A stretch of DNA of 37,981 nt from an uncultured Erysipelotrichaceae bacterium (GTDB lineage Bacteria; Bacillota_I; Bacilli_A; RF39; UBA660), in assembly GCA_902793315.1 (NCBI GenBank), contig CADBCT010000007.1, forward strand, positions 1-37,981. Reading direction: 5' to 3'. A program made the position numbers and the translations under genes. The notes below the pieces were generated by a model, which was not told where the DNA came from, searched no databases, and worked only from the letters and a program-made list of their open reading frames with translations. Within the stretch, counting starts at the first letter, position 1. Every line of letters starts with the position of its first letter. This document shows positions 35,781 to 37,981 of the stretch, one piece after another.

Positions 35781-37121
35781 TTATCTAAGTGCTTTTTTTA
35801 GTGTCTTTTCTTCTTCCTTTTTCTTTTTTAAAAACTCTAATACTTTTCTTTGTTCATCATAAATACAATTGTCTTTTATATTATTTTCATAGTCATCAAT
35901 TATATCTTTTATATCAGAATCGTCTCTTTCCAAATCTGAAAAGAATTTTTTATAAACAATTTTTAATTCTTTGTCTTGATAAAAGCAAATTATATTCATA
36001 TTATCAATGTCTATTTGAGTGGACAAGATATTATAATAGTCTTTATACTGCTCTGGTATTTTGTTTAATATATTGTCCAAACCACATTCTATAGTACATG
36101 AAAGATTTGATTGCCAGCGAGGGACAATATCTTTATATTCATCAGTGATAATTCTTTCAAAGTAGTCGTCAATACATTCATAGGTGTAAACTCTTTCAAT
36201 TTTATTATCTTTGATAATATATATTTTAGAATTCTTATCTGGGTAAATTCTTTTTCTATAATTATTATTTTTCAACAGTACACATTTATCATATTGCATA
36301 CTTTCAAATTGTAGGATACGCATAATTTCATAAAGTAAATCGGAATCTAAATCATAATCATTTTCTAAATTACCATATCTAGCTTCCGGAAAAGCATTGT
36401 TGATATTAGCTGTTTCTAATATTTTTAAGAAAGTTTCAAATTTGGAGTTTTCCTTAAAAAGATTAATATATTTTTTATGTGTATCATAATATTTGAATTC
36501 AAATGGTTTTTCTAAAAAATAGTAAAAAGAAGATGTAGTCGTTAAAAAGTCATCTATGTCAGATAAAGTAATTAAACGCTCATCATCTACATAATCAGCA
36601 CTAAGGAATTCTTCGTCTGGAATCTTTACAAGTTCTTTTACTATAAGATCTAATTCACGTTCAACAGATTCCTTTATTTTTTCATAGTTATCTGCTAGTT
36701 GTTTAAGTATTTTAGATAAATTATGACTACCACTACTAATATTATTTGCTTTTAGTACTGTTAATAACTCTTTCTTTTTGTCTTTTTCAATTGATAGCTT
36801 ATTGATTGTTTCTTTAGTATTACCAATTAGTAAATTATATTTTTCTTCTTCATTAAGAGTATTAAGAATTGGTCTAATTGGTTCATATTCATCTAGATTA
36901 TTATAAATAATATCTAATAGTGGAAGTAGCATTCCTTTTAAATAATATTCACAAATTAGTCCATGCATAGATGAATTAAGTGTTCTTATATTGTCATAGT
37001 CTTTAATATCAGTACATAGTGCACTTATTGTATCTGTATCATGAGGAATGTCTGAAAACTTTGAATACAAGTAGTCTGCACGGTCAAAAAATTCTCTTGA
37101 TTTTTCTTTATAGATATCCAT
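35781..37121 (-). CDS. Hypothetical protein with HEPN-like motifs
   Basis: ICEYYLKG.L, SHNL and FPEARY; likely ATG start at 37121 behind GGTGA. Confidence 0.6.
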   Translation of the reverse strand: MDIYKEKSREFFDRADYLYSKFSDIPHDTDTISALCTDIKDYDNIRTLNSSMHGLICEYYLKGMLLPLLDIIYNNLDEYEPIRPILNTLNEEEKYNLLIGNTKETINKLSIEKDKKKELLTVLKANNISSGSHNLSKILKQLADNYEKIKESVERELDLIVKELVKIPDEEFLSADYVDDERLITLSDIDDFLTTTSSFYYFLEKPFEFKYYDTHKKYINLFKENSKFETFLKILETANINNAFPEARYGNLENDYDLDSDLLYEIMRILQFESMQYDKCVLLKNNNYRKRIYPDKNSKIYIIKDNKIERVYTYECIDDYFERIITDEYKDIVPRWQSNLSCTIECGLDNILNKIPEQYKDYYNILSTQIDIDNMNIICFYQDKELKIVYKKFFSDLERDDSDIKDIIDDYENNIKDNCIYDEQRKVLEFLKKKKEEEKTLKKALR

Positions 37122-37158
37122 AGAAATCACCGGCTGTTATTATACCATAAAAGTAGTA

Positions 37159-37788
37159 TTAATACAATAAAGTTATCTTTTTATTATTGATTTTAATAAA
37201 GCCTTCTTCTTTTAAATAGCTTATTTCTCTAGTCATAGAACTTCTATCTACTGATAAGTATGAAGCTAATTCAGTGAAAGTTATATTCATAATAAATGTT
37301 TTACTACCTTTAATTTGAGCTTGATGATTAAAATAACCTAGTAGTTTGTCTCTAGTAGTTCGCATTGTCAGTAATTCTATTCTTTGATTACATCTGTTTA
37401 ATTGATCACTTAATAATTTAATTAGGTTTTTGACAAAAATAATATAGAAATCATTTTTTATAATTTCACCATTAGTAATTTGATTATATTCAATATAAGT
37501 AATTTGCGTCTCTTCTTTAGTAATACAAGTTATTTCATCATTATTAAGAGAATAAGTTAAAGAACCAAATATTTCACCAGCATTTAATTCTTCAATAATT
37601 GTCTTATTACCATTATAATCATTAAACATTAATTGGAGGCTGCCGCTCTCAATAATAGCTATATAATCATCTCTAGTTCTATTAGATAGAATATTGATAT
37701 TTTTACGATATGTAATAGTATTAGATTTTAATACTTGCATTAATTTCTTTACTTCTCTTTCACTTAAATTAGCAAATAAATTAGTCAC
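37159..37788 (-). CDS. Crp/Fnr family transcriptional regulator
   Basis: GEIFG cNMP-binding fold; R.KLL.Y; HTH ELASYLSVDRSSMTRE. Confidence 0.93.
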   Translation of the reverse strand: MTNLFANLSEREVKKLMQVLKSNTITYRKNINILSNRTRDDYIAIIESGSLQLMFNDYNGNKTIIEELNAGEIFGSLTYSLNNDEITCITKEETQITYIEYNQITNGEIIKNDFYIIFVKNLIKLLSDQLNRCNQRIELLTMRTTRDKLLGYFNHQAQIKGSKTFIMNITFTELASYLSVDRSSMTREISYLKEEGFIKINNKKITLLY

Positions 37789-37825
37789 TTTACATCACCC
37801 TAAAATAATTATAGCAAAAAGTGTA

Positions 37826-37847
37826 AAGTGTTGCAATTGCAACACTT
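37826..37847. promoter_or_regulatory. Perfect 22-bp palindrome, candidate operator of the adjacent Crp/Fnr regulator
   Basis: AAGTGTTGCAATTGCAACACTT between divergent genes; TGT-N10-ACA geometry like Crp-family sites. Confidence 0.7.
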
Positions 37848-37901
37848 ATTATTTTAAAAATAAGTTATAATTAAATTAATAAAATAGGGAGAAATTAGAT
37901 T

Positions 37902-37981
37902 ATGAAAGTAATAAAAAGAGATGGACATATGGTCGATTGGTGTCCAGCTAAGATTGAGGAGGCTATTGGAAAGGCGAATTT
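37902..37981 (+). CDS. N-terminal ATP-cone fragment, probably anaerobic ribonucleotide reductase NrdD (truncated by the window end)
   Basis: MKVIKRDGHMVDWCPAKIEEAIGKAN matches the ATP-cone VIKRDG..KI..AI.KA pattern; AGGGAG RBS. Confidence 0.7.
   Translation, partial: MKVIKRDGHMVDWCPAKIEEAIGKAN

Noticed and set aside
1745-36314. Short antisense or nested ORFs in the track (e.g. 1745-2077, 5066-5302, 9510-9878, 31636-31965, 35789-36094)
   Set aside because: Shadow frames inside well-supported genes, without RBS or motifs.
1-37981. Complete DGR, retron, CRISPR array, transposase or integrase
   Set aside because: No reverse transcriptase, AAC-rich template copy, repeat-spacer array or recombinase ORF was seen in the window.

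Overview
A very AT-rich chromosomal window using genetic code 11 (TGA is a stop, Trp is TGG). It comes from a Bacillota/Bacilli genome, and gene content and composition suggest a reduced-genome gut lineage such as RF39, which is inference only. Most of the window is housekeeping backbone: T-box-serS, miaB-ymcA-cotE, rpsP-khpA, uppS-cdsA-rseP, priA-fmt-rlmN-stp-pknB-rsgA-rpe, tex, a Crp/Fnr regulator and the start of an ATP-cone gene (probably nrdD). Accessory genes are interspersed. The most striking signal is a pair of paralogous secreted-protein genes 8.8 kb apart that share a ~490-bp N-terminal module but carry unrelated C-terminal tips. The complete copy (17537-18592) ends in a Cys-framed 47-codon segment whose codon usage matches a diversity-generating-retroelement (DGR) variable region. 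It is followed by a structured ~200-nt non-coding element, yet no reverse transcriptase or template repeat lies in the window. The other copy (8786-9994) has lost its promoter, start codon and signal peptide but keeps an intact frame ending in a DUF6273/C-type-lectin-like tip, so it resembles a silent cassette. No rRNA, tRNA, CRISPR array or transposase was seen.
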